A stretch of 64,000 bases of DNA from the human T2T-CHM13v2.0 reference genome, Homo sapiens, in assembly GCF_009914755.1 (NCBI RefSeq), contig NC_060928.1; one strand, written 5' to 3'. The notes beneath the pieces are model-generated. The model saw only the letters and a list, made by a program, of their open reading frames with translations, did not search any database and was not told the origin of the DNA. The number at the start of each line of letters is the position of its first letter. The first letter of the stretch is position 1. This document shows positions 15,267 through 38,424 of the stretch, one piece after another. The position numbers were made by a program, and so were the translations under genes.

Positions 15267-15780
15267 AGCAGCACTGTCCCACAGAAATATGTGAACTAGA
15301 CATATCATTTTAAATTTTCTAGTAGCCACATTTTAAAAGCAAAAATAAACAAATAAAACTAATTTCAACAATACATTTTGTGTAACTCAATGCACTGAGA
15401 ATATTATTATTTCAACATGTAATCAATATCAAGACTAGTCATAAAATATGTTATGTTGTTATAGTGTCTTTGGAAGCCAGTGTGTATTCTACATTTATAG
15501 CACATCTCAATTCAGCCCAAAATTTTCATCAAAAATATTTGATCTGTTTAATAAAGTTTGCATAAAACTTAGAGCTGAAAAAGTAGATAAACATGCCCAA
15601 GTTGTTCCAAACACACTTAAAAGCTTTCTAATGACTGAATTATCACTTTTTAAGGTTAAACTAATTAAAATTAAACTACTTAAAAACTCATTTAAACATT
15701 GAGTTTTTCAGTCATAGTAGCCACATTCCTATTACTTAAAAGCCATATATGGCTAGTGGCTCCTGTATTAGACAGAAAAC
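15267..15780. mobile_element. MER33/Charlie5-like hAT element
   Basis: ttaaattttctagtagccacatt and agccatatatggctagtggctcctgtattagaca ends. Confidence 0.7.
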
Positions 15781-15994
15781 TCTAGAACGTGGGCACATAA
15801 TCACTATGTTCTCACTTACAAAGAAAGTGCATTAAAAACATACAGAATTTTAATTTAATTTTTTGTTCTTCTATTTTGATTGTTCAATGAAGTCACAGTT
15901 GTTTACTTTAATCTGCCTGCCCTGATGGATTATTGCAGAAGTCAAGAGAAGCCAGAGCAGAATGGCTGTACTGTAGTTGAAATCCATTATCAGA

Positions 15995-16225
15995 GCACAG
16001 GCTCATAGCCAGACAGACCTGGTCTGATCCACACTCTGCCAAGTCTTGTCTTTTCTCAGCTGTGTGACCACAAACATATATCCTGAACTTCCTTAACTCT
16101 AATTTCTTTATCTTTAAAGTAGGACTATAAATAGCACATCTGAGGATAAAATAAGGTGATTCATGTAAAGGACCTGACATAGTGTTTGGCATATAATTTG
16201 TGCTAAATAAATGTCAATTGTTATT
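15995..16225 (+). mobile_element. MIR SINE
   Basis: gctgtgtgacc...aatagcacatctgagg...catagtgtttggcatata...ataaatg. Confidence 0.7.
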
Positions 16226-16469
16226 CGGCAGCTAGAGTAAATTTAACACAAAAGACCAAACACACATTTAAGAGTAGATAATTTTGAGATGCCCATTTGT
16301 TTTCCAAAGAAAGGGCTTGCTCATTGGCTACTCAGCCCAGTGTTACCCTCTAGTGCCAAAAACCTTGAACAGCAAGCATCACCAACCAAAACACCAGAAC
16401 AGCAAATCTCTGAAAAGATGTGTCCATTGATTCAACCTCAGATGCTGTTAATTAGCACACCATTTTCTA

Positions 16470-16650
16470 AGGCCCATTCTCAAGTTTTAATGCTCTTTCT
16501 TACCAGTTATCTGAGGATCTTGTTAAGATCTTAGTGAGTCTTGTGACTCACTAAGAATGAAGTGGAGCCCGGTAGTCTGCATTTCTCATAAGGTCTCAGG
16601 TAATTCCAATGCTGCTGCTCCACAGATCCTCCCTGAGTAGCGAAAGTTTA
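16470..16650. mobile_element. MER5-type MITE containing a double palindrome
   Basis: gatcttgttaa and ctgcatttctc...caggtaattccaatgctgctg...tgagtag. Confidence 0.65.
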
Positions 16651-17520
16651 GACAATTCTATTAATTACTCAAACTCTTTTGAAAGTAACCACCACCAAAC
16701 TATTAGAATAAGGAATTGCAGGATTAAGCAAAATGTTGTCGTCTTTCTCCTATAGACATGTGCAAGAGGAAAAGCCCTAAATTTATACTAAAGCTGAAAT
16801 ATACCTGAAGTTTAAAGATTACTTCAGATTGCTTTCTTCCCAGGAAAGTGTCTCAGCAAGACAATAGTGGGGTGGATGGGTCAGTATGGCAATTCTTACA
16901 TTCCTTTGAGCTCAGAATGTAATTCAGGATCATGTGCTAGACTGGAAATTCATGTTGAGTATAAGTTAATCTGTGTTCATAGTTTGAGGTTCGAGGAACT
17001 TTGGACTAGATAACAACATGGTGGCAAGGTACTAAACCAGCACTGGAAACTGAGTCAGAGTCTCAGTAGCTACTAATTAGTAGTTGTTCTAATGTCCCAT
17101 AGTCAAGACTTTGGAAGAAATCATCATCTGTGTTTTATTTCATATTTGATAAAATGGATGAAAAGATAATCGACACGTTTCTGCAAACTTCAAATGAGAT
17201 AATGTGGTGAAATTTCTTTGAAACTATTGTCCCATAGATACAGATACAATTCATTACAAGTCTAACAGAGCAAACTAGCCTCGTATCTTCTTGGCATAAT
17301 GGACAATATTGATTGTTTCTGGTAAGAATAAAAGAGGAAGGGGAATTTGAAGTTTATTTAAATTTGTTCATCCATTTAAAAACGCTAATTAAGGCCACAA
17401 TGACTTAATTGCTCCAAATTTCTAGGTATTTATGTTGCCTCCCACAATGAGACTGCCAAATTAATGATAATATTTATTTTTATGTTGTTTTCAAACATTT
17501 GTTTCTGATTATGACTTTAA

Positions 17521-18095
<575 letters not shown>

Positions 18096-18369
18096 CCTAC
18101 TTCCTTGTTTCATAGTAAGAAATTTCTTTATGTGTTTCTGTTGGCTTCTCAGAAGCTTGCTTTAAAGTATTTCAATTCCACCTGTTTTGACTTAGGATCT
18201 CATATTAATGTGTTTCCCCTAATTCACTACCCATTTACAATATTAGATTTTTAAAAAGCATTCATATTAATGTGCTATAGTTACTGACAATGTAAAGGGA
18301 AAAAGTGTACTTTGATTCCCAGAGTTTGGAGAAAAGCAAAGTCAAATAAATGCAGCCCCATATTTCCAT

Positions 18370-18520
18370 AATGAAAAAAAATCAAGGGAGAAAAGAGAAA
18401 AGGAAGAAAGGAGGGGAAATTGAGAGAGAAAAAGCAAAGAAGGAAGGAAGGAAAGAAAGTAGAAAGAAAGAGAAAGAAAAAAAAGAAGGTATGAAAGGAG
18501 GGAGGAAGACAGGAAAAAAA
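18370..18520. repeat. GA-rich low-complexity tract
   Basis: Directly visible. Confidence 0.85.
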
Positions 18521-18908
18521 TTTGAAGGTTTATTTCCCTTATGTTATACTGTCTTTTTAAATTTACACAACAAAACCCAACAGGGCCTAGAATAGTCTTC
18601 AACAATCCACCAATTAATTGATATATAATTCTCTAAGACAGGTCTAAGCCCTGTTGGAAAGACAAAGGTATAGAAAGAAGGTCCTTCATTCTCATAACAA
18701 ACTCTGGGGGAAAAAAAAACAACAACAATCTAAACACAAAAAGATAACGCTATTAGTGTCTAAAAGTACTTACTAGGCAAACCAAAACTTTTTTCTTACA
18801 TGTAGTCTACTGTGGTTACTTAGCTAAGGCCTATGTTTGGATCCTGGATCAAGAGATGTGGGTGAGATCTTACCTGTGTCATAATTAAGATTCCAGGTGA
18901 ATTGGCTT

Positions 18909-22081
<3,173 letters not shown>

Positions 22082-22659
22082 GGGGTTCATTGTTGCATGC
22101 CAGGAAAATTTAAGACATAGACACATATGAGGAGTTTAGGAGTGGAAGTTTAATAGGTAGAAGAGAAGAGAAAGAGAAACAGCTTCCTCCATAGAAGAAG
22201 GGGTCTCCAAGCAGAAAAGACCAGCAGACCTCAAATGTGTCAGGTTTTATAGTCCAGTTTGAGGAGGCAGTGTCTGATTTAGGTAGGGCTCACAGATTGG
22301 TTCAGTCAGGTATAATATTTACATAGCATGTGGGGAAGGCTGGTCACCCCACCCTAATCTTCTTATACAAATGGGCTTTCCTGTTGATCAGCCCCATCTT
22401 GTCTGCTTCTAACCATGCACATGGCTGGCAGAGAAGGGAATTTGAAGCCTCCATCTTGAACATGTCTAGTCCCTAGTTCCTGCCAGCATTCACCTGTGTG
22501 ATCTCTCAGCTTGCTTGTCTATGTCTGCAGCTCAACTTTCCAGGCTGCTCTTTGTTAGAAAATGATTTGGGGCTGCTTTTCATTAAAAAGAAAAGCCATA
22601 CTGAGGACTCCTATACCCTTACTATCTGCCTAAGTGAGTTTCTCTTAACTCCTGTATCA
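22082..22659 (-). mobile_element. ERV1 MER4-group LTR (MER50-like), one end missing
   Basis: Reverse complement starts TGATACAGGAGTTAAGAGAAACTCACTTAGGCAGATAG. Family assigned from memory. Confidence 0.7.
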
Positions 22660-24785
22660 CAAAGTTGCCCTCTCTCACCACTCCTATTCAACATAGTACT
22701 AGAAGCCCTGACCAGAGCAATTAGGCGATAGAAAGAAATAAAAGACATCATTACATAGGAAGAGAGTAAGTAAAAATATCCCTGTTTGCAGCATATATGA
22801 CTCCATACCTAGAAAACCCCTTGGTCTCTGCCCAAAAGCTACTTGATCTGATACACAACTTCAGTGAGGTTTCAGGCTACAAAATTAATGTACGAGAATC
22901 AGTAGCATTTCTGTACACCAACAACATCCAAACTGAGAGTCAGATCAAGAATGCAATCCCATTCACAATAGAATAAAAGAATGAAATCCCATTCACAAAA
23001 AGAATAAAATACCTAGGAATACAGCTAACCAGGCAGGTAAAATATCTCTATAATGAGAATTACAAAAGACTGCTCAAAGAAATCAGAGATGACACAAACA
23101 AAAAGAAAATACTCCATGCTCAGGGATAGAAGAATCAACATTGTTAAAATGGCCACACCAACCAAAGCAATTTATAGATTCAACACTATTTTTAATAATA
23201 TCAAACTACCAATGACATTCTTTACAGAATTAGAAAAAACTATTTTAAAATTCATATGGAACCAAAAAAGAGCTCTAGTAGCCAAGGCAAGTCTAAGAAA
23301 AAAGAACAAAGCTGGAAGTATCATGCTACCTGACTTCAAACTATACTACAGGGCTACAGTAAACAAAAGAGCATAGTATTGGTACAAAAACAGACACATA
23401 GACAAGTGGGAACAAGATAGAGAGCCCAGAAATAATGCTACACACCTACAACTAAATGATCTTCAACAAACCTGACAAAAACAACCAATGAGGAAAGGAC
23501 ACCCTACTCAACAAATGTTGCTGGAATAACTGGCTAGCAATATGCAGATGATCGAAGTGGATCCCTTCCTTACACCATATACAAAAATTAACTCAAGATG
23601 GATTAAAGACTTAAATATAAAATCTAAAACTATAAAAATTCTGGAAGGTAACCTAGGAAATACCACTCTGGATGTAGGGCGTGGCAAAGATTTCACAATG
23701 AAGATGCCAAAAGCAATTGCAAAAATAAATACATAAATAAATAAATAAATAAATAATAAGAAAGTGGAACCTAACTAAAGTGCTTCTGGACAACAAAGAA
23801 AACTATCAACAGAGTAGACAGCCTGTAGAATGGGAGAAAATTTTTGCAAACTGTGCATCTGAAAAATGTCTAATATCTGGAAACTATAAGAAACTTAAAC
23901 AAATCAACAAGAAAAATACAAATAACTCCATTAAAAAGTAGGCAAAGGACATGAACAGACACTTTTCAAAAGAAAACATACATGTGGACAACAGGCATAT
24001 GAAAAAATGCCCAACATCACTGAGCATTAGAGAAATCCAAATCAAAACCACAATGAGATACCATCTGACACCAGTCAGAATGGCTATTACTAAAAAGAAA
24101 AAAAAAAACAGATGCTGTCAAACTTTCAGAGAAAAGAGAATGCTTATATACTGCTGGTGGGAATATAAATTAGTTCAGCTATTGTGGAAAGCAGTTTGGC
24201 GATTTCTCAAAGAACTCAAAGCGAATTATCAGCCCAGCAATCCCATTATTGGGTATATACCCAAAGGAATATAAATCATTCTATTGAAAAGATTCATGCA
24301 CACATATGTTCATTGCAGCATTATTTGCAATAGCAAAGACATAGAATCAACCTAAATGCCTATAAATGGTAGACTAGATAAAGAAAATGTGGTATGTATA
24401 AACAATGGAATAATTACACTGCCATAAAAAAAGAATGAGACCACATCTTTTGCAGCAATATGGATGGAGATGGAGGCTGTTATGCCTAGCAAACTAACAC
24501 AGGAACAGAAAATCAAATACCCCATGTTCTCACTTATAAGTGGGAACCAAACATTGAGTATCCATGAACATAAAGAAAGGAAAGACACATGGGCCTACTT
24601 AAGAGTAGAGAGAGGGAGGACGGTGTCAAAAAAAAAAAAAAAAAAACCACTTATTGAGTATTATGCTCATCACCTGGGTGGTGAAATAATTTGTACACCA
24701 AACCTCTGTGACACACAATTTACTTATATAACAAAACTGCGCAGGTACACCTAAGGGAATCGAAAATAAAAGTTAAAGAAAAGTA
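22660..24785 (+). mobile_element. Old L1PA (PA15/16-like) 3' portion
   Basis: [26 protein letters not shown] and [11 protein letters not shown] remnants, then 3' UTR and A-rich tail. Confidence 0.9.
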
Positions 24786-24844
24786 ACAAGAAGCTTCCTA
24801 AAAGTAATAATAATAAAACAAAATGAAATCACATTAAACTTTTT

Positions 24845-27158
24845 AAAAAGGTTGTTTACACTATACTGTTGTATGTTGTATATTATGTATGAAATAGCAT
24901 TATGTCTAAAACACAATATATATACCTCATTAAAAATACTTTATTGTTAAAAAAAGCTAATAATCAACTGAGTCTTCAGCAAGTCATAATCTTTCTGCTG
25001 ATGTAGGGTTTTGCCTCTGTGTTGATGGCTGCTGACTGATCAGGGTAGTTGTTGCTGAATTTTGGAGTTCCTACAGAAATTTCTTAAAATAGGACAAGAA
25101 TGAACTTTGCTGCATTGATTAATACTTCATTTCATGAAAGGTTTCTCTGTAGCATGTAATGAAGTTTGACAGCATTTTACCCACAGGAGAAGTTCTTTCA
25201 TAATTGGAATCAATCCTTTCCAACCCTGCTGCTGCTTTATCAACTACATTGATGTAACATTCTAAATCATTTGTTGTCATTTCAACAATATTCACAGCAT
25301 CTTTGCCAGGAGTAGATTTCATCTCAAGAAACCACTTTCTTTGCTCATTCATAAGAAGAAACTTCTCATACAATCAAGTTTTACTATGAGATTGCAGTAA
25401 TTCAGTCACACCTTGAGGCTCCACTTCTAATTCTATTTCTCTTGCTATTTCCACCATATCTGTAGTTACTTCCCCCAGTGAAGTCTTGAGTCCCTCAAAG
25501 TCATCCAGGAGGTTTGGAATTAATTTTTCCAGCAGTCCTGCTAATGTTGATATTTTGACCTCCTCCCATGAATCATGAATCTTCATAATGACATCTAAAA
25601 TGGGGGGTCCTTTCCAGAAGGTTTTCCATTTACCTTGCCCAGAACCATCAGAGGAATTGTTATCTGTGGTAGCTGTAGCCTTATGAAATGTATTTTTTAA
25701 ATAATAAGACTTGAAAGTTTAAATGACTCTTTGATTCATGGGCTGCGAAATAGATGGTGTGATAACAGACCTGAAAATACCATTAGCCTCCTTGAACATT
25801 TCCATCAGAGCTCTTGGGTGACCAGGTACAACTGTCAATGAGCAGTAATATTTTGAAAGAAATCCTTTTGCTAAGCAGTAGATCTCAAAAGTGGGCTTAA
25901 AATATTCAGGAAACCATGCTGTAAACAGATGTGCTGTCATCCAGGTTGTTTTTTTTCCATTGGCAAAGCACATGCAGAGTAGATTTAGCATAATTCTTAA
26001 GGGCTCTCAAATTTTGGGAATGGTGAATGAGCATTGGCTTCAACTTTAAGTCAGGAGCTTCATTTGCCCCGAATAAGAGAATCAATCTGTCCTTTGAAAC
26101 TTTGAAGCCAGGCATTAATTTCTCCTCTCTAGCTATGAAAGTCCTAGATGACATCTTCTTCCAATAGAAGGCTGTCTTGTCCACAGTGAAAAATCTGATT
26201 TTAATTGTAACCACCTTCATCAGTTATCTTAGCTAGATTTTCTGGATAACTTGCTGCACCTTCTCCATCAGCACTTGCTACTTTATCTTGTACTTTTATA
26301 TTATGCAGAGAACTTCTTTCCTTAAACCTCATGAAGCAACCTCTGCTAGCTTCTAACTTTTCTTCTGAAGCTTGCTCACCTTTCTCAGCCCTTATAGCAT
26401 TGAAGAGAGGTGGGCCTTGCTCTAGATTAGGCTTTAGCTGAAGGGAATGCTGTGGCTGGTTTGATCTTCTATCTAGGCCACTAAAACTTTCTCCTTATCA
26501 GCAATAAGGTTGTTTCCCTTTCTTATCATTTGTGTGTTCACTGGAGTAGCACTTTTCATTTCCTTCAAGAACTTTTTCTTTGCATCCACAATTTGGCTAA
26601 ATGTTTGGTGCAAGAAGCCTAGCTTTCAGCCAATCTCACCTTTCAACATACCTTCCTCATTAAGCTTAATCCTTTTAGCTTTTATTTAAATAAGAGACAT
26701 GTGATTCTTTTTTTTTTTCATTTGAACACTTAGAGGTAATTGTAGGGTTGCTAATTGGCCTAATTTCAATATTATTGTGTCTCAGGGAATAGAGAGGCCT
26801 GAGGAAAGGAAGACAGATAGGGGAACAGCAAGTTGGTGAGCAGTCAGGATGCATACAACATTTATTAAGTTCACTATCCTACACAGGCATGGTTCATGGT
26901 GCCCCAAAACAATTACAGTAGTAACCACAAAGATCACTGATCACAAGTCACCATAAGGAATACAATAATAATAATAATAAAGTTTGAAGTATTGCAAGAA
27001 TGGCCAAAATGTGACATAGACACCAGGTAGGCACATGCTGTTGGAAAACTGGTCCCAATAAACTTGCTTGACACAGTGTTGCTACAAAGTCTCAATGTGT
27101 AAAAAAACATATCTGTGAGGATCAATAAAGCAAATCACAGTAAAATGAGGCATGTCTA
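24845..27158 (-). mobile_element. Tigger1 (TcMar/pogo) DNA transposon, near full length, degenerate transposase
   Basis: ORF fragments [17 protein letters not shown] and [20 protein letters not shown]-like gaggcatgtcta followed by TA at 27159-27160. The other TIR is missing. Confidence 0.92.
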
Positions 27159-27949
27159 TACCCAGATTCAAAAAAGTTTATTTTTAGGCAGGTAGCCTGG
27201 GCAAAAAACAGTATGACATTGCCATACTGCTCCAAACAGAATGTATTCATTTAACTTCCCATAAAGTTAAAATCTCTAATAAGAAATATGCGACTATTGC
27301 CACAGACATACATAGCTTCTCAAGATCAGTACCTCATACTACTGGAGTTACTTCGTGATCCAATTTGCTTCTATACTCATTATGGAAAAAAAAAACCAGC
27401 AATGCTAGTATTTTTAAGATATATTAATCTAAAAACCACCGTGTGAAGATACATCATTATTATTCCTTAGGAAGACAATCAAATGCATTTTGCACAGCAT
27501 CCCTAAGTGTGGTTCATGAGATCCCCAAGCAGAATTTTTAATGTTCATCTGGATAACTTTGTCTAGGCCTTTTTCACCTCAATTCCACTTGTCCCCAAAT
27601 GCCTTTCCAGGCAATTTAACAAAACATGTGAGTCATAAGGAATAAACAGTTGAGCTAATTGAAGGGGGGAAAAGGGAGCAAAAAATGCCCATAAAATAGT
27701 TCCTTACCCAGACCTGAACATTTATATGCACACCTAATCAGTGGTCAAATGTTTCACTCTCTGGCTAGGTAAAATGTGATCCAATGTTCATTGAATTATG
27801 TATCTATAGCAGAGAATTCCTGTGACATACTCATTGCCCTATATTGGAGAACTTAGAGTGCTACTGGAAAAACTAGACTGGGCAGAAGAAGAGCAGAGGA
27901 AAAGAAGGTACTTATTAGCAGAGGTTGCATCTCTAGAAAGTGGGTCTGG

Positions 27950-29318
27950 CAATGGAAGAGAATACAGAACCCAGAAATAAGACTGCACACGTACAACTAT
28001 CTGATCTTCAATGAATCTGACAAAAAACAAGCAATGGCAAAAGGATTCCCTATTTAATGAATGGTGCTGAGATAACTGGCTAGCCATATGCAGACAATTG
28101 AAACTGGACCCCTTCCTTACACCATATACAAAAATTAACTCAAGATGGATTAAAGACTTAAATGTAAAACCCAAAACTATAAAAACTCTAGAAAACAATC
28201 TGGGCAATATCATTCAGGACATAAACACTAAAAAAGATTTCATAGTGAAGATCCCAAAAGCAATTGCAACCAAAGCAAAAATTGACATATGGGATCAAAT
28301 TAAACCAAAGAACTTCTGCACAGCAAAAGAAACTATCAACAGAGTAAACAGAAAACCTACAGAATGGGAGAAAATTTTTCTAAACTATGCATCCAAGAAA
28401 GGTCTAATAACCACCATCTACAAAGAACTTAAATAAATTTACAAGAAAAAAATACAAACAACCTCACTGAAAAGTGGAAAAAGGACATGAATGGATACTT
28501 TTCAAAAGAAGACACACAGGCAGCCAACAATCATATGAAAAGAAGCTCAATATCACTCATCATTAGAGAAATGCAAGTCAAAACCACAATGAGATACCAT
28601 CTCACACCAATCAGAATGGCTGTTATTAAAAACTCAAACAATGACAGATGCTGGTGAAATTGTGGAGAAAAAGGAACGTTTATATATTGTTGGTGGGAGT
28701 GTAAATTAGTTCATCCATTGTGGAAGACAGTGTGGCACTTCCTCAAAGTCCTAAAGATAGAAATATCATTCAACTCAACAATCCCATTACGGCGTGTATA
28801 CCCAAAGGAATATAAATCATTCTATTATAAAGACACATGCACACATATGTTCCTTGCAGTACTATTCACAATAGCAAAGACATGGAATCTACCTAAATGC
28901 CCATCAATGATAGACTGGATAAAGAAAATGTGGTACATATACACAATGGAATACTATGCAGCCATAAAAAAGAACAAGATCATGTCCTTTGTAAGAACAT
29001 GGATGCCACTGGAGGCCATTATCCTTAGCAGACTAACACAGAAACAAAAAAAACAAATGCCACATGTTCTCACTTATAAGTGGGAGCTAAATGTTGAGAA
29101 CACATGGACACATAGAGGGAAACAACACACACTGGGGCCTTTTGGAGGGTGAAGGGTGAGAGGAGGGAGAGTATCAGGAAAAATAACTAATGGGTACTAG
29201 GCCTAATACCTGGGTGATGAAATAAACTATACAATGAACCCCCATGACACATGACACAAGTTTACCTGTAACAAACCTGAATATGTATCCCTGAACTTAA
29301 AATAAAAGTTGGAAAACA
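27950..29318 (+). mobile_element. 5'-truncated L1PA (PA10-13-like)
   Basis: ORF2 C-terminal remnants and 3' UTR; degenerate TSD aagtgggt(c/g)tg near 27938 and 29322. Confidence 0.9.
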
Positions 29319-29438
29319 AAGAAGTGGGTGTGAGTTGTGGGTTTCTAGAACAAGAAGGCCAAGGAGCAGAGGAAAAGCCTCAGAATGTCTGTGTCTTTTA
29401 AATAAAAACTTAAAAGGACTGGACAAATGTCAGCTTAA

Positions 29439-30928
<1,490 letters not shown>

Positions 30929-31945
30929 ATGGGGAAAAAACAGAGCAGAAAAACTGGAAACTCTAAAAAGCAGAGTGCCTCTCCTCCTCGAAAGGAACAC
31001 AGTTCCTCTCGAGCAACGGAACAAAGCTGGACGGAGAATGACTTTGACGAGTTGAGAGAAGAAGGCTTCAGACGATCAAACTACTCTGAGCTACAGGAGA
31101 AAATTCCAACCAAAGGCAAAGAAGTTGAAAACTTTGAAAAAAAATTAGACGAATGTATAACTAGAATAACCAATACAGAGAAGTGCTTAAAGGAGCTGAT
31201 GGAGCTGAAAGCCAAGGCTCGAGAACTACGTGAAGAATGCAGAAGCCTCAGGAGCTGATGTGATCAACTGGAAGAAAGGGTATCAGTGATGGAAGATGAA
31301 ATGAATGAAATGAAGCAAGAAGGGAAGTTTAGAGAAAAAAGAATAAAAAGAAACAAACAAAGCCTCCAAGAAATATGGGACTATGTGAAAAGACCAAATC
31401 TCCGTCTGATTGGTGTACCTGAAAGTGACTGGGAGAATGGAACCAAGTTGGAAAACACTCTGCAGGATATTATCCAGGAGAACTTCCCCAATCTAGAAAG
31501 GCAGGCCAGCATTCAGATTCAGGAAATACAGAGAACGCCACAAAGATACTCCTCGAGAGGCGCAACTCCAAGACACCTATTTGTCAGATTCATCAAAGTT
31601 GAAATGAAGGAAAAAATGTTAAGGGCAGCCAGAGAGAAAGGTCGGGTTACCCACAAAGGGAAGCCCATCACACTCACAGCTGATCTCTCGGCAGAAACTC
31701 TACAAACCAGAAGAGAGTGGGGGCCAATATTCAACATTCTTAAAGAAAAGAATTTTCAACCCAGAATTTCATATCCAGCCAAACTGAGCTTCATAAGTGA
31801 AGGAGAAATAAAATACTTTAAAGACAAGAAAATTCTGAGAGATTTTGTCACCATCAGGCCTGCCCTAAAAGAGCTCCCGAAGGAAGCACTAAACGTGGAA
31901 AGTCACAACTGGTAACAGCCGCTGCAAAATCATGCCAAAATGTAA
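30929..31945 (+). pseudogene. L1 ORF1p, disrupted
   Basis: MGKKQSRKTGNSK...; TGA at 31256-31258 and premature TAA at 31913-31915. Confidence 0.95.
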
Positions 31946-32008
31946 AGACCATCGAGACTAGGAAGAAACTGCGTCAACTAACGAGCAAAATAACCAGCTA
32001 ACATCATA

Positions 32009-35834
<3,826 letters not shown>

Positions 35835-36107
35835 ACAATGAGAACACATGGACACAGGAAGGGGAACATCACACTCTGGGGACTGTTGTGGGGTGGGGGG
35901 TTGGGGGTGGGATAGCATTAGGAGATATACCGAAGGCTAAATGACGAGTTAATGGGTGCAGCACACCAGCATGGCACATGTATACATATGTAACTAACCT
36001 GCACATTGTGCACATGTACCCTAAAACTTAAAGTATAATAATAATAAATAAATAAAAAAGAAAAAAAAAAGAATTGAGTTGAAGCATCAATTAATCTTGG
36101 CATTTGG

Positions 36108-37130
36108 GCATTCATTCAATATTCCACTAAACCATAATTGCACACCCACTGTGGGCTCGTGGTATAGGAATTACCAAGATAGGCAAGGCTCCAGGCCTCA
36201 GAGAGTATACATTCTAAGGAGGGAGGCCTATTAGAGAAATTAATGATAAACACAATAGCTACATATTGCAATAAACGGCACTGTGGCAGATCACATTTTC
36301 CAAGGCTGGATGCAACAAGATCTCCCATCCCACATGTTTCCTGGAATCGTTCCCCATGAAGATGTGGAGTCTCATTCCTCTATTCTTGAATCTGGGCCAA
36401 TAAAAAGGAGAAATGATGCTAAGTGACTTTCAAGGCTAGGTCATAAAAGACAATGAAACTTGCACCTTGCTCACAAGAACTGTTGGCTCTTGAAGGCTTT
36501 GGCCACCATGTAAGCAGTTTAACTACCCTGAGGCTACTATGCTGTGAAAAAGCTAAAACTAGCTCCACCGCGGAGACCATGAGATTACATGAAAGTCATG
36601 TTCAGCCTGGCCCAGCCACAACAGCCTTGCACTGTCCCAGCTCCAGTCACCCCTTGACTGCGATGTCGCAAAAGACCTAGAGGGGAGGCTGCCCCACCAA
36701 GTCTTTCTCCAATTTCTGTCCTGAAAAAACTATGAAAATGATCAAATTATTGCTTTTGCTTTGACTCACTGAGGTTTGTAGTGATTTGTTGCATAGTAAT
36801 TGATGAATAGAATAGCTATGAAGGAAATGAATGGGGTGATGACAAAGACAGTAACTGGGAGTGAGAGCTACTCTAAACAGGGAGGCCACAGAAATCCCAC
36901 CTCAGGAGAAGGATGTGAGCAGTTTGTGGGGGACATCTGAGGGAGAAGCAAAATCAAGACCTGGAGGGAGAAACAGACTGGTCCTGGCCACCAGAATGGC
37001 TGAAATATTGGAAGCAAAGGAAAGAATCAAGTTGGAGATGTAGGCAGGAGACAATTATGCAAGGTCTTGTAGGGTGAATAAGAAGTTTGGGTTTCATTTT
37101 AAGTGCATCGGAAAGCGCTTGGGAGATTTG
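36108..37130 (-). mobile_element. L2 relic interrupted by an LTR
   Basis: cattcattcaa terminus; L2-like sequence at ~36815-37130. Confidence 0.55.
36282..36812 (+). mobile_element. MLT1H-like MaLR solo LTR
   Basis: tgtggcag start, gtgactttcaaggctaggtcataaaag, end cactgaggtttgtagtgatttgttgcatag. Confidence 0.75.
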
Positions 37131-38424
37131 AAACCACTAACATGCACCAGTCCACACCCACTAAGCCAGCTGCATTGATTCCAAGGCTGTCCCCTCCTTT
37201 CCACAAGGGATGATCTTCCCCGAGGATGAACTTCCTCAGTGGATGATCAGTAATCCAAATAAGGGGCTTATGTGTTCACTGGAAACTAAAATGGGGTGAC
37301 ATCAAGAAACAGTACAGCCACAGCCCCAATCACCACTTTCTGTTCACACTGCTGTGGCCCATGTGTCCTATATCTCAGTGATTGGCATCCTATTCTTTAC
37401 AAGGTTTCCTAGTTACCAAGACATCTGGTCCTGAATTCTCTCAACCTTGCACTCTGTTTTGGTATTTATTTTAATGGTCACACTTATTTCCCCTCCGAAG
37501 AGCTTTATTTTTGTACTTCTTCACAAACCCCAACACTGAGTATGTACTTGTTGAATTAATGCCTTGCTAGAATAATGAAAAACAATAAAAGAGATATAAC
37601 AAATGTTTAATACAGTAGAAAAATCGGCACGTTTAGTAAACTGTAATGTTCAAACCCTATCCTTAACTGTATATCATGATGGGTCCTTCTAGGTAAAGTC
37701 TTTGTGTCCTGAGCCTTCAATAAATCTTCCCTGGTTGCTGAGGTTTGTGGAGTCTATTTTTTTAAAATAGCAGTTGCAATTCTAAAGACACTCCCAGGAA
37801 TTTCGGCTCTGTGAGCAAAGAAGGGAGGTAGAGATGGGGATGAGATGGGAAAGGGTGGACAGGGTGGTCGACTGGTTCTTATTACAACTGTTTAAGTTTC
37901 ATTTACATGTTTCTCTAGGTTGCTCAGATCCAGGACAGTGTTACTGGATGTTGAACACCTGTCTCGACACACAGAGCTGCACCCAGCCTTGCCAAGAGTA
38001 GCATTGACATTTCTGCTGCATAGAATTGCACAATGGGACTAAAATGTGGACACTCATGGGCCTCATCTGGCTCATGGGATTCTGGCTCAAAAAGAGTCAC
38101 ACCACTCATGATTACAGATTACTAGAGTCTCTCCTGTGTTTTTAGTTCCTATAGTAAATGCAAGCTTGTCATTGTTCTTAAGCCATTTGATTGTGTTCAC
38201 TGGACATTTTTATAGGTCTCAACTTACTCTTTGATGATACATGAGTAAGAGAAGAGTAACACCTAGACCATATTGCTCCAAGTTTATTCTCAGGGGGTTC
38301 TTGGCCACATTCAGTGAGAGCTGTATTCAAACAGAAAGATACATGGTTCAGCGAGCTCTCTATCCTGAGAATCCAGAATATCTCAAAGATCGTGGAATAA
38401 TAACAAATATACAGGGACCTCTAG

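Noticed and set aside
25119-26220. Domesticated TIGD-like transposase gene
   Set aside because: Multiple frameshifts and stops; an ordinary decayed Tigger1.
35885-35912. G-quadruplex motif
   Set aside because: Standard feature of L1PA 3' UTRs.
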